A stretch of DNA of 64,000 nucleotides from Octopus bimaculoides (GCF_001194135.2 NC_068994.1:2905482-2969481), one strand, 5' to 3'; shown: positions 42,301 to 55,994, counted from the stretch's first letter. Notes: generated from the sequence alone by a model not told the origin. Made by a program: numbers and translations.

Positions 42301-42586
42301 ATTAATAATATTCACTTTACACTTTTGCTTTGTTTTATTGGTTTTAAAACTATTTGTCCACCTAGTTGCAATTGTTCTTATATCAAATAATGGTAATTTA
42401 TGCTTGACATAACATTTTATTTGCCATGAATTTTCACACTATTGTAATTTTGATAGCAGTATAATAATGATAGCAAAGAAACGGGACATGCTAGAGCAAA
42501 AATGATTGCAGATTCAAAATCAGCACTCCCAAAATACGTATGAGCTCCATTTCATCTAATAGTAGCAAAACTTTTGTTGCCTAGTG
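39372..42586 (+). mobile_element. Degenerate CMC-superfamily (Chapaev3-like) DNA transposon in intron 1 of Pcdh C
   Basis: Broken transposase: N-terminal SFCYVC..HVCCKNC Zn finger, HIKLGLFKNFVK, MSLKIHFLHSHL, SDEHGE*FHQE. Right end reads CACTAGGCAACAAAA on the minus strand; left end tatagggcaacaaaa. Imperfect subterminal IRs and TTA on both flanks. Family assignment is from recall, not a database search. Confidence 0.7.
39581..40210 (+). mobile_element. LTR-like GC-rich insertion nested in the DNA transposon
   Basis: TGT...ACA ends, two ~59-bp tandem repeats (39843-39953) and a TATAAAAA at ~39958. No clear target-site duplication found. Confidence 0.5.
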
Positions 42587-42651
42587 TTATGAAAGAGATC
42601 TAATAAATATACCAATTAAAATACCATACTAAATGTTTCTTTTAACTTCAG

Positions 42652-42814
42652 CCTATTGATCAGCCAAGTAAGGAATCTTCTGATGAGCATGGAGAAAATA
42701 TATCTACTAAGAGTATCAATTATATGAGTAATACATTGCCATGCCAATGGCCTTCTGAAAGTACCTGGGATGAAAGATATACAAGAAATTTCAGTGATAT
42801 TTCTATTACATCAG
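42652..42814 (+). CDS. Protocadherin C exon 2
   Basis: cttcAG acceptor, 163 nt, open in phase 0 (PIDQPSKESSDEH...SNTLPCQW...ISITS), TCAG|gtaatt donor as in paralogs. Confidence 0.75.
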
Positions 42815-43417
42815 GTAATTTGTGAATTATATTCTATTTTTAAAGAGTTCTGTATGATCTTTAGCATTTCTCTTAGTTGTAATTAATTTCAAATGATTAA
42901 TGTGAAAATTGTAAAGTTCAAAATGAGTACTTTGACATAATGATAGAGTTTGATACTACAAAAGTAGTATACAACTACATTAGATTCATAAGAATAAATT
43001 TTGTTTGGTACAAAGGTGATCTAACATATTATTTCATATTTGTTTATTCACAAACTCTCATTGCACTTTAACATCTTCTGCTGCCTGATAGGTGTTAGTA
43101 TGTAAGAGAATAAGTTTACAAACCAGACTGCTAGCACTCAGTACCAAAACATATGCGTATGTAATATATTACATATATTTTTATTTAATCTAAGGATTGA
43201 CAGTATCCATTGATTCTGCCAGCTCTCATACACTGATGAAACGGATGAGGCTAATACTCAGCTTGAACTTCTGTAGATTACTGTCAGAATACAGCAGTTC
43301 TGGGAAGAAAGAATTGCGTGAAATGATTTGTAGAAAATTTTCTTAAAAATAATTGGCTAAAATATGTAATCCAATGATTTGAGCATAAGTTTTTTTATTT
43401 TATTTTATATTTTACAG

Positions 43418-43509
43418 AGTTTGATGAATCTAAACCAGATGTTCCTCCAAAACCAAATCTTCTACAAAACCAAGATACATATTTAGAGCCAATGTATCTA
43501 ACAAAATAA
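43418..43509 (+). CDS. Protocadherin C exon 3 (terminal)
   Basis: tttacAG acceptor, phase 1. Reads (E)FDESKPDVPPKPNLLQNQDTYLEPMYLTK*. Confidence 0.8.
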
Positions 43510-44619
43510 CTTTATTTGAATTCTTTGATGTCATGAAGATATGTCAAGAAATTATGAAATTCCATACAGATAGTATTGCTGATATTTCTAAATGATACAT
43601 TTGATACATAGGAATACTCTTAGATTTATAGATATTTTATCAAAATTCTGTTAAAAAACAATCGTCTTAAGATGTAACCAAGCACTACATAAGTTTTAGT
43701 TCTTTATACACTGTATAATTGAAGCACCAAGGTAAAATTAAAAGAACACAAGTTATCAAATGGAACATTTATAGCATCTTCTGCTCTAAATGCTTAATAT
43801 TTTATAAATGGGAAATCTTTAAAGCCTTTCCATTTATATTTTCATATATTACAAAATTGAATGCTTTAGAAATTAAGAATATAGCCCCAAAACAAATTCA
43901 ATTATTTCCTCTTCTGGTAGATCAAAACATTACAATTAGCACTCCTATTTTCCTACCCTAGGCAAAATATTGTACTTTTCTCTAATCTCAGCTAAGTTCC
44001 CAGCATCCGGTGTCACCTTTCTCTTTTCCATTTGGTTTCTAGTTACAGCAGTGTATAATTCACAAATAAATTTAATTCACTGATTGAAATGTACACTCTC
44101 TGAATGTCCAAGAATAGGATGGAAAATAGAAATTTGAATGTCCAAGTACGATATATCACATTACTTAATGAAATAAGTATTTCGTTCTTTCAAAAGTGAA
44201 AAATCTTCAACACATTCCACCCTCTATAGACAGGGTAAAAAGTACATCAATCATTTCAAATATTTTCAGAACATTTCTTTCATTATATGACACTGATTAT
44301 CATTGCTTTTTAATAAATTTAAATATAAATATTCTCGTGATTGACGAATGTATTTTGATATATTAAAAACTAATTTGAGATTTTAGTTTTACATAGAGTT
44401 CAAGTTTAAAACTTTCATTGCATAGTTATAGGAAATTCTATACTTCAAATCGAAAAAGCGAGTTATATTGAGTAGAAAAGGCATTATTTACAGTCAGCTT
44501 CTTTCTACAATAATTGAGTAACGATGAGGAGAATGCATATAGGAATAAAAACAATATAACGTTATAAATCACGTAAGTTCCAAAGGAAATAACCCAGACG
44601 ACACCCCCGTAGTTGGTTC

Positions 44620-44753
44620 ATGGAATACACAGCAGCTGGAGCAGTCTGTTAGATAGTTACGCCTGCTATTGTGCCAATAGTTACAGTGGACTACCTGTTA
44701 AGAGGCTCTAATTACAAAGAACATTAGCAACACTAATAAATTAATCAAACAAG
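44620..44753 (+). promoter_or_regulatory. Tentative leader exon L6 (positional leader of pseudogene D)
   Basis: Lies ~1.1 kb after the preceding terminal exon, like other leaders. cagcagc/agttac motifs and a strong AAG|gtaagt donor at 44754, but weak similarity otherwise. Confidence 0.35.
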
Positions 44754-47076
44754 GTAAGTTTTTTCAACAGTACTATTCAGAATTATCTTTCATAACAAAC
44801 CAGTAAGCCGATGATAATGGTTTGGTTTTAGAAATCAATTTGCTTAAACTGGAATACTGAAAGTACTTTTAGAAATAAAACATAATACTTAGAAAACTGT
44901 TCAGATAAGAAACCCTAGATTTGTTACATAACTTTGATGCGGCGAGGTTTGGAAAGAAATACATTTTTTGAAACTACTCAAAAACTTCATAGACTATATT
45001 AAATAACTAGCAAGGTGTTAGTATAGCATCTCCAAGGCATTAGTATTAGTCATTGTTTTACGATGATAAATAAAACTTTGAAGAAAATTGAAACCTGACG
45101 AGCCAATTGCGTACGTTTAAATGCAAGTGATGTTTTCGCAATCGAATATGTCAAATTATAAAGAAAATAAAGCAAATTTTATTAAATATAAACACGATTC
45201 TTTTGAAAATGCTCACAATTTACTTTCACTTTCCACCGCTTTCTATACATAAGTTTATTTTATTTTTAAGTTACAAACTTTCTAAATGTAATTACAAATA
45301 AAAAATGAAAATTCAGGTAAATAAACTTCTGTACAATATTGCCCAAATCCTGAGAGGGTGCTTTTGAATCATCTTCGGGTCGCGTCAAAATTACACGATA
45401 TATCTGACGTGCTGGGACAATGGACAGCATCGCAAAATTTTCGGCGATTAGAAAACTTTATCTCAGAATTTTACCATTTTCAGATTAAAGCTAAACATTA
45501 CCTATTTTGAACCTGAGTAGTTCTATTTAACGGCTATACAATCTTTATTTGTTTATATCTTATGTATTTTGCTTTCTCATTTAAAAAGCACTAGTGTATT
45601 CATTCTCATACTTTTTGAAGGATTGAGTACTATGGCATGAGTCTGTGAAATTGTCCAGTATAATTAAACAACCAGACTTATCCACACTCAATATTTTTTA
45701 AAATATATGCTGTCGACTTTTTTGAGAAACAGACAGTGAATCGGCTACTTTGACTCTTAATTGGAAAACTGTTGTCATTGATGTGCCACAATTAGTATGA
45801 CAAGTTTATTTACCATGCTGAAAGAAGCAAGCTATGGTCACGATGTAATGATCTCTAAGTCGCATCAATCATCAAATAGAGGAATTTGATTATTGGTCAA
45901 ATTGAATTCCATAAGAGAGAGACAAGTGATGACGTTCCTATTCGATGTGTGTTTGTGTGTGTGTGCGCTTGTTTCGATATCGATCCGTTTATGTCATTTT
46001 TCCCGAATCTCTATATATACTGAATAATTCGCTATTTTCCCGTTATTAGGAGCAAACTTATTTTTCCTAATTATGTCTGCGGCAAAAACAAAATTGGAAA
46101 AAGAATATTAGAAAACAGAAACAAATTGAGTTTCAAGTGATTAGCGTTTCTCATTAAAAGATGTTGGCTATATTTTGTTTTGACTTGAAAAGCTGTCATC
46201 TAGGTTCGTTAATTTCAGTAATTTTTTTTTATTTACTTACTTCTGTTTTAAAGTGAAAGAGAGGAGAAAGTGAAAAATGTATATACGCGGATATGAAATG
46301 GATGTGTGTATGTGAGGGAGAGGGGGGGGGAGAAAGAAAAGGGGTGTGTCATGTATATGTACATACATCAATACATATGCACACATCGTTTTGTATGTAT
46401 ATGTGCGTTGTGAGCAATTCACTCGAATATACCCCCTATTCATTTGAGACCTCGTGCCATGCATTTAAAGAAAATAAATAAATAAATGACTATTGTAGAA
46501 CAACGCTAGTTTCATAATATTCTGTTGTTACTCACAAAAAAAAAACCAGATCGATGACGTTCATTATTTAACTCCCAGAAGCTTTGGTGCCCGACCCAAT
46601 TTTAACTCTCAAATGAAGCATTTTAACACATTGCTCCCTTTTTAATTTTCATAGAGAAACTAGATTTACAATAATCCTTCAAAATCGACCGCCACTTTTC
46701 TGCGGGATGTGTAGCACACAGCTGCTACAACCCTTTTTCTTGTTTCTTCGTTCTCCATCGCTTTCTACTCTTCCTCCTTGTGCCTTTCTTCTCCACATCA
46801 AATCTACAAAGTGGAGCGTCCTCGTAAAAGTCCTTTGAATGCACTTAAGTTGAATCCACGACTTATATCAAATTTGAATTATCGCTGAAAATGCTTGATT
46901 TTTACCTGTAAACGATATAAAAAAAAATTTTAAACCGTCAAGTCTTGTTTTTGTTAATGACTCTACCAATGACATATTAATTGATAAATTCAGCTGAACT
47001 GTTAAACCGAAGTTCCAACTAGTATTTACAATACTATATTTCTATTGGTATGCTATTTTATTTTCGGCATACAATA

Positions 47077-47385
47077 GGCGCAGGCGTGACTGTGTGGTAA
47101 GAAACTTGCTTCGGGCCTCAGGTCGACTAAATGAATAGATTTGGTAGACGGAAACTGAAAGAAGTCCGTCGTGTATGTATGAATAATGTGTGTCTTTGTA
47201 TCTGTCTCCCAGCACCGCTTGACAACCGGTGTTGTGTTTAAATCCCCGTATCTTGGAGGTTTGGCAAAAGTACCGGTAGAATAAGTACCAGGCTTTAAAA
47301 AAAATAAGTACTGGGGTCGATTCATTTAACTAAAAATTCTTCAAAGGCGGTGCCCCAGCATGACCGAAGTCTAATGACTGAAACA
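47077..47385 (+). mobile_element. tRNA-derived SINE with internal deletion (family of 53327 and 55995)
   Basis: ggcgcaggcgtgactgtgtggtaagaa head; shared body gacaaccggtgttg...aataagtactggggtcgat. Confidence 0.65.
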
Positions 47386-47679
47386 AAAAGAAAACAAAAA
47401 GAAACCTACACATGTGTGTCCCTCACCCCCACTTTGTTTCCTCATGACTTCCAAGGAAAATGGATATTTTTAATGAAATTTTCTACAAATACGCTTCAGA
47501 CAGATTAGATTCCAATATGATTGTAACTTACACACTGAAAGATATTGGTAGGAAATTTGGTTAATGTTTACATCTTGACCCGGAAATGAAAATCCCCCCC
47601 CTCCCAAAAAATACTGGAATGGGTGTAAAACAATGTGTAGAAAACGAATATGAAAAACAATGCGCGCAAAGCAATAGGA

Positions 47680-48020
47680 GGGTGGGGAGAGGACTTCGAA
47701 AAATTCACAAGAGCCGAGCTTTTTCCTCATAACTTTTAGGAAAATGGGGTTTTTTTCAATGAAATTTTATAGAAATACCTTTCAAACGGCATACATTTCG
47801 ATTATAAAGAAATTTGTGGGAAAAATCTTTTCTAAGGGGTTGGGGAGAGGACTTGGGAAAATTCTCAAAATCCGAGTTTTTCCCTCATAGCTTTTAAGGA
47901 AATAGTTTTTTTTTTCAATGAAATTTTATATGAATACCTTTTAACGGCATACATTATGACTATAAAGTAATTTGTGGGGGAAATCTTTTCCAAAGGGTGG
48001 GGAGAGGACTTCGGAAAATT
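47680..48020 (+). repeat. ~158-bp tandem subrepeat (about 2.2 copies), related to 51770-51990
   Basis: ggtggggagaggactt..aaaatt recurs at ~47681, 47838 and 47996. Confidence 0.7.
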
Positions 48021-50947
48021 AATTTTTACATATCACTGGAAACATAGACCTTTTCTGGACTAAGGAGCACTATGAAACAATATTTCAAAATCAATGTTCA
48101 CTTCCGAAAGTTTGTAATTAAAGGTTTGGATGGCACAGCAACTTATACAGAAAAATGGCAACAATTTTCAATTACAACATAAGGAAAAACAAGGTTTGAA
48201 TCAAATTATAAAAATAGTATTAAAGATATGTTCTTCAATTAAAGCTCTTGTGTCACATTTGCTGTGACAATTTGGTGTTTTATTCAACCATAACAATGCT
48301 TGGTTTGAGACTGTTGTAGCTAAATTACATGGAAAAAGAAAGCAGGAACAGCTTGCTCCAGCTGCATTTATAAAGACTTCTGCTGATATAACCAGTGCCG
48401 TGTTAAAGGATACTAATTTTTGATGACTGGTCTGGATGACCACAATTTAGCTTGGTTGTATGAGAGTTGTTACAAAGCTTCTTTGTTAGCTCAACTTGGG
48501 TTTTAATTTTTACTGCTGTCTAGAGCTTCAGTTGATCATATTGTTCTCCTCTACTTATTTCAATCTGGTATTTATTTAGTCAGTATTTTTTTATTGAGTT
48601 AACAAGTTATGTTTTGATGTAAAGGAATGCAACTTTGCTACACACATGCATATACAGTAGGCTTTAGCACAGTTTTTATCAACCAAACTTCACACACAAG
48701 ACATATGATTACAGAAGATATTTCTCCATGGTGCTATGCAGTGAGATTAAACTCAAAACCACATGATTGTGAAACAAATCCTTACCACAAAACTATATCT
48801 ACATAATAGAGAAAGAAATAACCAATACAGAATTGGGGAATAAAACAAAAATTGAAAGCTCTTCAGATATTTGGAAATATTAAAGAGTATTTTATTACCA
48901 AAAAATATGTACCTTACTAATTTATTAATTTTTTTATTTTTATTTTTTTCAGAACTCAGAAACTATGAACTAAGTTGAAAAGTTATGCAAACTTTTGCTT
49001 ACAAATCAACTGTTTTGCCAAACAGAGGAATAAAATCTGAGATATCTTAACCCTAGCAATATTTATAAATAAATTCCCATACATTATTATTTCAGAATAA
49101 CTTGCTCATTCTTATAAACTAGACATATAAGAATGTTATTGTCAACAGTTTCTTTTTTTATTAAACTCCTCTCATTTTCTTAATTCTATTTTTTTAAATT
49201 GTGTAGTTTCATTTCAATATCACATTGTAGCATTTGCTAAATGTAAGTAAATGACTGAAACAAGTAAAAGAATAAAAGAGTATATATATATATATATACA
49301 TACATACATACACACATAGACATACATATACATGCATATACATATATACGTACATAAATATATATATATATTTTTCATTTGTTAGGCCTTTTCCTAATAC
49401 TGTAAAAATTGGAAATCTGGAGAAAGGAAAAAATTCCGATTTAGGCGAGGCAGCTATTCCGAAAATCCCCTTCACGGGAATTTCCCATTTATAGTCATTG
49501 CTGCGTTACAAAAGAAATAGTAGTAAACACACGTAAATTTTCTTATCAAATATGTAAAAACATGGCATAAGTAACAAAATATCCATTTTATGAACATTTT
49601 CTAAAATTATTCTATGGATTATGTAAAATTTGAAACATAACAAGACAAAGTAAACAAACTTGCATTGACAATATAATGTTATATTTATTGACTGCTTATA
49701 TTGCGCGCATGTGTGTACGTACGTGCAACTGTATTTGTGTTAGTACCCACGCGTGAATGATTCTGTGTGTTAGCATGCAAGTGTAACCGATGTTTTTTGT
49801 GTGATTGTGTCTGTGACAATGTGTGAACGTTTTGTAATACTGGCGGCAAAATGTTGCAAGGGACATAACTTGTCGCGCACCTGAACTGTTTTATTCAAAA
49901 TAGTAAAGTTTGTGAGTTGTTTTATAACCCACGAGGAATAAATTACAAGTGCCGTTTAGAAGCTACCCCTTCCGAGAGAGGTATTAAAGTACTTTTGTCT
50001 TACAAGGTGAAATGCAGAACTGTAAGCATTTTCGTTTTCCCATGACATACGAACTTCTCCAAATTAACGAATTTCATTATTTAAATTTTGCCGATTCAGA
50101 CCAAACTAGTTTTCGCGGACTGAGGCTTTTTATTGTTACAAAAGGTGAGAAATTTTAAACTCTAACTTTAAAGCATGCTGCATATATTTTGATATATGTT
50201 GCAGCCAGGAAAAGGGATCGATTTCGATCGGCTACAGTCCCAGAAAATTCAAGGTCTTGTGCTTGTTTGAAAAAAAAATAATTAATGGGGGGGGGGGATG
50301 AGGTGTTTTATTGCATTTTTGACTGAGACAATATATCTTTTACAAAAGCGAAACCATATGTTCGGCAATTTCCGTAAAACATTTTTATTTCTTGATTTTC
50401 TTTTACATACACAGACCTATAAATATATGCAAATATACATACACTCTGGCACACATGCATACACAACTATACGTACATGCACATGAACATAAGCCATTCG
50501 TGAAAACAAAACGTATATTTATTTATGTATGTATATGTGAGTGTTTGTGTAAATGAAAGACAATGAGTGTGTGTGCGACCGTCTTTTTCACTCTTCAGTT
50601 GCAAAAAATAAACATTAAAGAAAACAAAAAATGTTTACGAAAGTTGCTGAACGTATAGTTTTACTTTCTCGAGACCAATACCGATTGATTGCCTCAAAAA
50701 CTATATCAGCAAAGTAAATAGCCTTCCCTAAATGCATTAAAAGCATTATAAAATATAATTTGATCACTATTTCAGAAAATTATCGCCGTCCTTTCATATG
50801 AAAGACCAATTTAGCTGGGGCAAAATGATTAAGCCAAGATAAGGTACATTTTCCTCTTCAATTTTCCAGAATTACATTTGAAAAGTGACCTATGCACATC
50901 AATATCCATCCTTAAATATCACAAAAATCAGAAATGCAACAAAACTT

Positions 50948-51142
50948 GGCGGAGGTAAAGAATGTGTACATCACCCGTTTTCAGATATCTATGTTTTCGA
51001 TATAGGAGAATACGATTTTGCCCAAAAATCACGTTTTCAAAATTTTAATTTTCCTTTAAGAAACATTCAATATCTCTTCCACCCCTCCGTTTTACCCACC
51101 CATCACCGAAAACTGGTGGTGTACACATTCTTTACCTCCGCC
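50948..51142. mobile_element. MITE-like element bounded by perfect 23-bp inverted repeats
   Basis: ggcggaggtaaagaatgtgtaca (50948-50970) and its exact reverse complement (51120-51142). Confidence 0.6.
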
Positions 51143-52048
51143 CCAAGATTTAAAATATCTAGGTCAAATGGAAGAGGATCATGGAAAAATAGCACATGAA
51201 ATTAATGAAACTGAACTAAATAAAAAAACAAAACTCAAAATATCTTCTATAGCTTCTTCATGATCTGCTGTAGTGGCTCTCTTCCCGATATATTTACATA
51301 GAGACGAAGTCATTGAAATTAGGCATTACTCATTTTACCCCATTTTTAAACATCACTTTTGAAACTTGAAAATTATCAAATTAGACATTAGTGTGGAAAA
51401 AAAATTTACTTGGAATCCCACTGAAAAAAGGATGTTAATTGTTTCACACCAAAAATTATCCAAATATTTTATTAGTAACCTCAATTACAATCAGGTCAAA
51501 TTGAGGAAAAATTTCTTGAAAAGAGAAAAATACCTGTCATCTACGCTCAACCTAACTCAACTTCAGCAACAACTATATTGACCAATTTCTACTCCTTAAG
51601 ATGATGCAACAGTAAAAAATATTGATGGTATTACTTGCAATATAATGATTTCAAACAGGTAGGGGAAAAAAATCCGAAGTTACTCATTTTGTCCGCTCTA
51701 CAATTATTTATAAAGATAATTTAAGGTTAGGCATACCTACACAAGTAATTCAATTTCGTCATAACTTTCAGAAAAATGGCTTTTTTTAAATGAAATTTCT
51801 ACTAATACACATCAGATAGCTTAAACCCTGATTATATTGAAATTTGATGTGAAATGGAAAAAAATTCTGTGGGCGGGGAGAGGGTTTCAGAAAATTCACC
51901 TGAGTCGGATGGGTACTTTTTCTGAAATTTTTCTACAAATACCTTTCAGAATGTTAAGATTACAATTATATTGGAATTTAATATGGAAAAATAAATGGTG
52001 AACATGCACGCACACACACACATACTGACACACATCTTAATTTTTTTC

Positions 52049-52355
52049 TAGCCTGCGCCCTTAACCACTACGCCATATACCCAAGGGCATATGGCATAGT
52101 GGTTAAGGGTGCAGGCTACTAACCCCAAGATTCTGAGTTTGATTCCAGGCAGTGACCTGAATAATAATAATAATAACAACATCGAAAAATACCTTAGGAA
52201 TGAGAACCCATGTTTGAAATTTCCCCAAGACACCTGATGAAGGCTGGAGGATATATCAGCCGAAACATTGTGTTGACAACAAAGAAGATGAGAACAAATA
52301 TCTGTCAAATGTATATAATGTATATAATTTCTCATCTCTTAAATATAGAACTGTA
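52049..52355 (+). mobile_element. Second copy of the tRNA-headed, hammerhead-bearing SINE-like element, with a partial inverted head
   Basis: 52049-52082 is the reverse complement of the head starting at 52085. Body and tail match 27452-27729; hammerhead-like core at 52229-52274. Confidence 0.8.
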
Positions 52356-53326
52356 GTAATAATTGCATTAACAAACAGATTATTGTCAACTTACTGAAAC
52401 CTAAGATTGAACCATGTTTAGAATTCATTAAATTTAACAGTTTCAATGCAGCCATTCATCTATCTGCAAATACTTTATAGAAGTGTGTTTAAAAGGTAAA
52501 GAAAATAGCTATTTCAAATTAAAGAGTAATTCAAAACAATAGTTTTTGTTTCCTTTTTATATGCATTTCTATTATACAACAGATATATTGCCTGTCAGGC
52601 AAACATTTTTCTTAATACCAAACACTTTTACCATCAAATACATCAAGGTTTGGTAAACACACAATAATTTAGTTGTTGAATCTAGTGAAAAGACCAAAAC
52701 CCCAACAAATTGCACAATGTCTGAGCTAAAAATAAATTTCCTACTTTTCAAATGATAGGATTGTCATGACTAACACTTTTCATCATAGTTTTTTGGCTAC
52801 AATTGATCTAATAGTAAACAACAGAAACATTTCCTTGAACATGATGAGGAGAAATCTTCTGAAGGGCTGTGTTATCTCCTTAATATAGCAATAAATCTCA
52901 TCCTATCATCTTAGATTAATAAAGTATTAAAAGTGTCATTTGTGTAAATGTTGGTGTATCACATATGTTAGTGCATGTTCATATTTTTCACACATAATTA
53001 GTTTTACTTTTTTAATGTGATTCATTATACACATCACCCTCTTAGAACTGAGGCTTTGTTGTAGCCAAGAGTCCAATCCCATTGGCAGTGTTGTGTTAGT
53101 TTGATTCATCTCTCTACTTATATCAGGAATCACTTTGTGCTCCATCTCTGCTTATCCACGTCAGGGATCATATTTTTGTAAAGATCTCTTCTTAAGTCCA
53201 GTTTGTATTGTTATTTGTATGTGTAGTCATGCATACTATAGAGAGTGCCTGCTATGGAGGATAAAGAGCAACATCTAAGTTCAGTTTTCAACCTTAATTG
53301 TATACTTTTTTTTTTTTTTTTACTTT

Positions 53327-53700
53327 TTTACTAGTTTCAGTCATTTGACTGCGGCCATGCTGGAGCACCGCCTTTAGTCGAGAAAATCGACCCCAGGACT
53401 TATTCTTTGTAAGCCTAGTACTTATTATATCGGTCTCTTTTTGCCGAACCGCTAAGTTACGGAGACATAAACACCAACATCGGTTGTCAAGCGATGTTTG
53501 TTGGTGGGGGGGGGGACAAACACAGACACAAACACACACACATATATATATATACATATATACGACGGGCTTCTTTCAGTTTCCGTCTACCAAATCCACT
53601 CACAAGGCTTTGGTCGGCCCGAGGCTATAGTAGAAGACACTTGCCCAAAGTGCCACGCAGTGGGACTGAACCCGGAACCATGTGGTTGGTAAGCAAACAT
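53327..53700 (-). mobile_element. tRNA-derived SINE, near full length
   Basis: Minus-strand head with GGTTCAGTCCC B-box-like motif, internal (TG)/(TA) tract and poly-A-like end. Homologous to 47077 and 55995. Confidence 0.75.
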
Positions 53701-53749
53701 CAGTTACATACATGGGATTAATATATTCCTACAGGTGATACTAAAACGA

Positions 53750-54368
53750 AAAGGCAATGTAATATTTCCATTAAAGCAGACGATACTAAATGATACGGCA
53801 ATTTAATATTTCCATTAAAGCAGACGATATTAAAATAATATGGCAATTTAATATTTCCATTAAAGCAGACGATACTAAAACAATATGGCAATTTAATATT
53901 TTCATTAAAGCAGACGATATCAAAACAATATGGAAATTTAATATTTCTATTAAAGCAGACGATAGTAAAACAATATGGCAGTTTAATATTTCCATTGAAG
54001 CAGACGATACTAAAAGAATATGGTAATTTAATATTTCCATTAAAGGAAACGATATTAAAACAATAGACAATTTAATATTTTTATTAAAGCAGACGATACT
54101 AAAACAATATGGTAATTTCCATTAAAGAAAACGATATTAAAACAATATAACAGTTTAATATTTCCATTAAAACAGACGATATTAAAACAAAATGGCAATT
54201 TAATATTTCCATTAAAGCAGACGATATTAAAACAGTATAACAATTTAATATTTCCATTAAAGCAGACGATATTAAAACAAAATGGCAATTTAATATTTCC
54301 TTTAAAGCAGACGATATTAAAACAGTATAACAATTTAATATTTCCATTAAAGCAGACGACACTAAAAC
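53750..54368. repeat. 45-bp minisatellite (~13-14 copies)
   Basis: gcagacgat recurs every 45 nt (53821, 53866, 53911...). ORF-track translations show a 15-aa period. Confidence 0.92.
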
Positions 54369-55994
54369 TGCTCAAAAGTTGGGAATGGAAGTACTTCGAA
54401 TTTTTTTAAGCAAAACTATATTTAAACACCGTTAATGAATGTTAGTAAAAAAACAAGTAACGAAAAACTTATGGAGGTTCTCTGAATTTCTTTTTAGCAC
54501 TTTATAAAGACTTTTTTTTTTTCGATTTATGAATAAAACTTTTTTTGATTATCAAACTATTAAATATTAACAAAACGTTGTTAAAAAAAGAAAAAAACTC
54601 ATGGAAGTCCTTCGAAAAATTTCTTTTTAGCATTTAATAAAGAATCTCCCCGCCCCCCTTTTTTTTAGATTATCAAGCATTGTGTTAGAAATTAACAAAA
54701 CTCATACGATGTATCAGAAATGAATATCATTACTCACCCTTTGCTTTTACATGTAAATATCCATATTGAAAACATTTTCCTAAATAAATTTTGCGACGAT
54801 ATAAAATTAGAAATCTAAGGAGACAAATTTTACGAGCCTTCATTGTCAGCGTTTCTCTCAGCAATTGCGAACGGAACGCAGACGACAAATGTTGCAAGGG
54901 AGATGACTCTTGGTTTTTTTTTTAGATTCCAGATCATTTTTAAATATATGTGTATTTTTATTAATATTTAGCAGAGGGTTTTCGTGCGTTTAAGTACCAA
55001 TGTATGAAATTCTCGGTGCTTGAGTCACTCTGTTACTTTTGTTAAATATTAATAAAACTATACGTGTGTTCATATTCTGTGTTCTATTTTTCTGTCTGCA
55101 TCACCATACCTTCCATTCCCTCTGTTCCCCTGTTTGTTTCAGTCATTTGACTGCGGTTATGCTGGGGCACCACCTTTAATATATATATATATAATATGTG
55201 TGTGTGTATAGGTATATATTCTTTTATTTGTTTCAGTCGTTTGACTGTGGCCATGCTAGAGCACTGACTTAAAGGGTTTTAGTCAAATTAAGTTTAAAAT
55301 GTCGATTTTGTTTCATCCTTTCTAAAGATACTAACTTTTTTTTTTAAATTTCTGCTTGCACAATCCACATATCCACTTCCCCATATTGTTTTCACATTTT
55401 AGCACAAGATCAGCAATTTGGGGGAAGGAGTAAGTTGATTGCATCGACCCCAGCGCTCAACTGGTATTTATTTTATCTACCCTAAAAGGATGAATGGCAA
55501 GGTCAACCTCAGCGGATGCTGCTAAGCATTTTGCCAAACATAAAAACGATTCTGCCAGCTCACAGCCTTTGTCCACTCTTCCATACTAAATACACTTTGG
55601 CATTGCTATAAATATTTTTTTATCCACTTGTTGGTGATAAAAGTTTCTGTAACTACAAAAACACTGCTCCCAGAATTCAATGTATGTGTGAGGGTGTAGA
55701 AATTTCTGTCTTTGGTACGCACATGCACATTTAGCTTACCAGGATTGGTCAGACTCTAACTCTCTGATAGAAAAGCTTGAGGTATGTTGTTAATTGAATT
55801 TGTGGCAAGCATTTGCTCAAACTTTCTACAATCAGCATTTCCAAAAGGTGTGCTCATCTTAAACAAACCTTCATCACTGTAAAAAAAAATCATCTGTGTG
55901 GGTAGTCTAATGGCTATAACATTAACCATTAGACTGAAGAATCCACTAAAATATATGTGAGTGGGTGTGTATGAGTATTATATGTATGTGTGTG

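Noticed and set aside
52936-53145. Minus-strand ORF (…MNQTNTTLPMGLDSW…) faintly resembling a Pcdh exon 2
   Set aside because: No convincing splice sites, no partner exons on the minus strand, and similarity too weak.
53786-54375. Four ORFs with 15-aa periodicity
   Set aside because: By-product of a 45-bp minisatellite open in several frames on both strands; no protein-like features.
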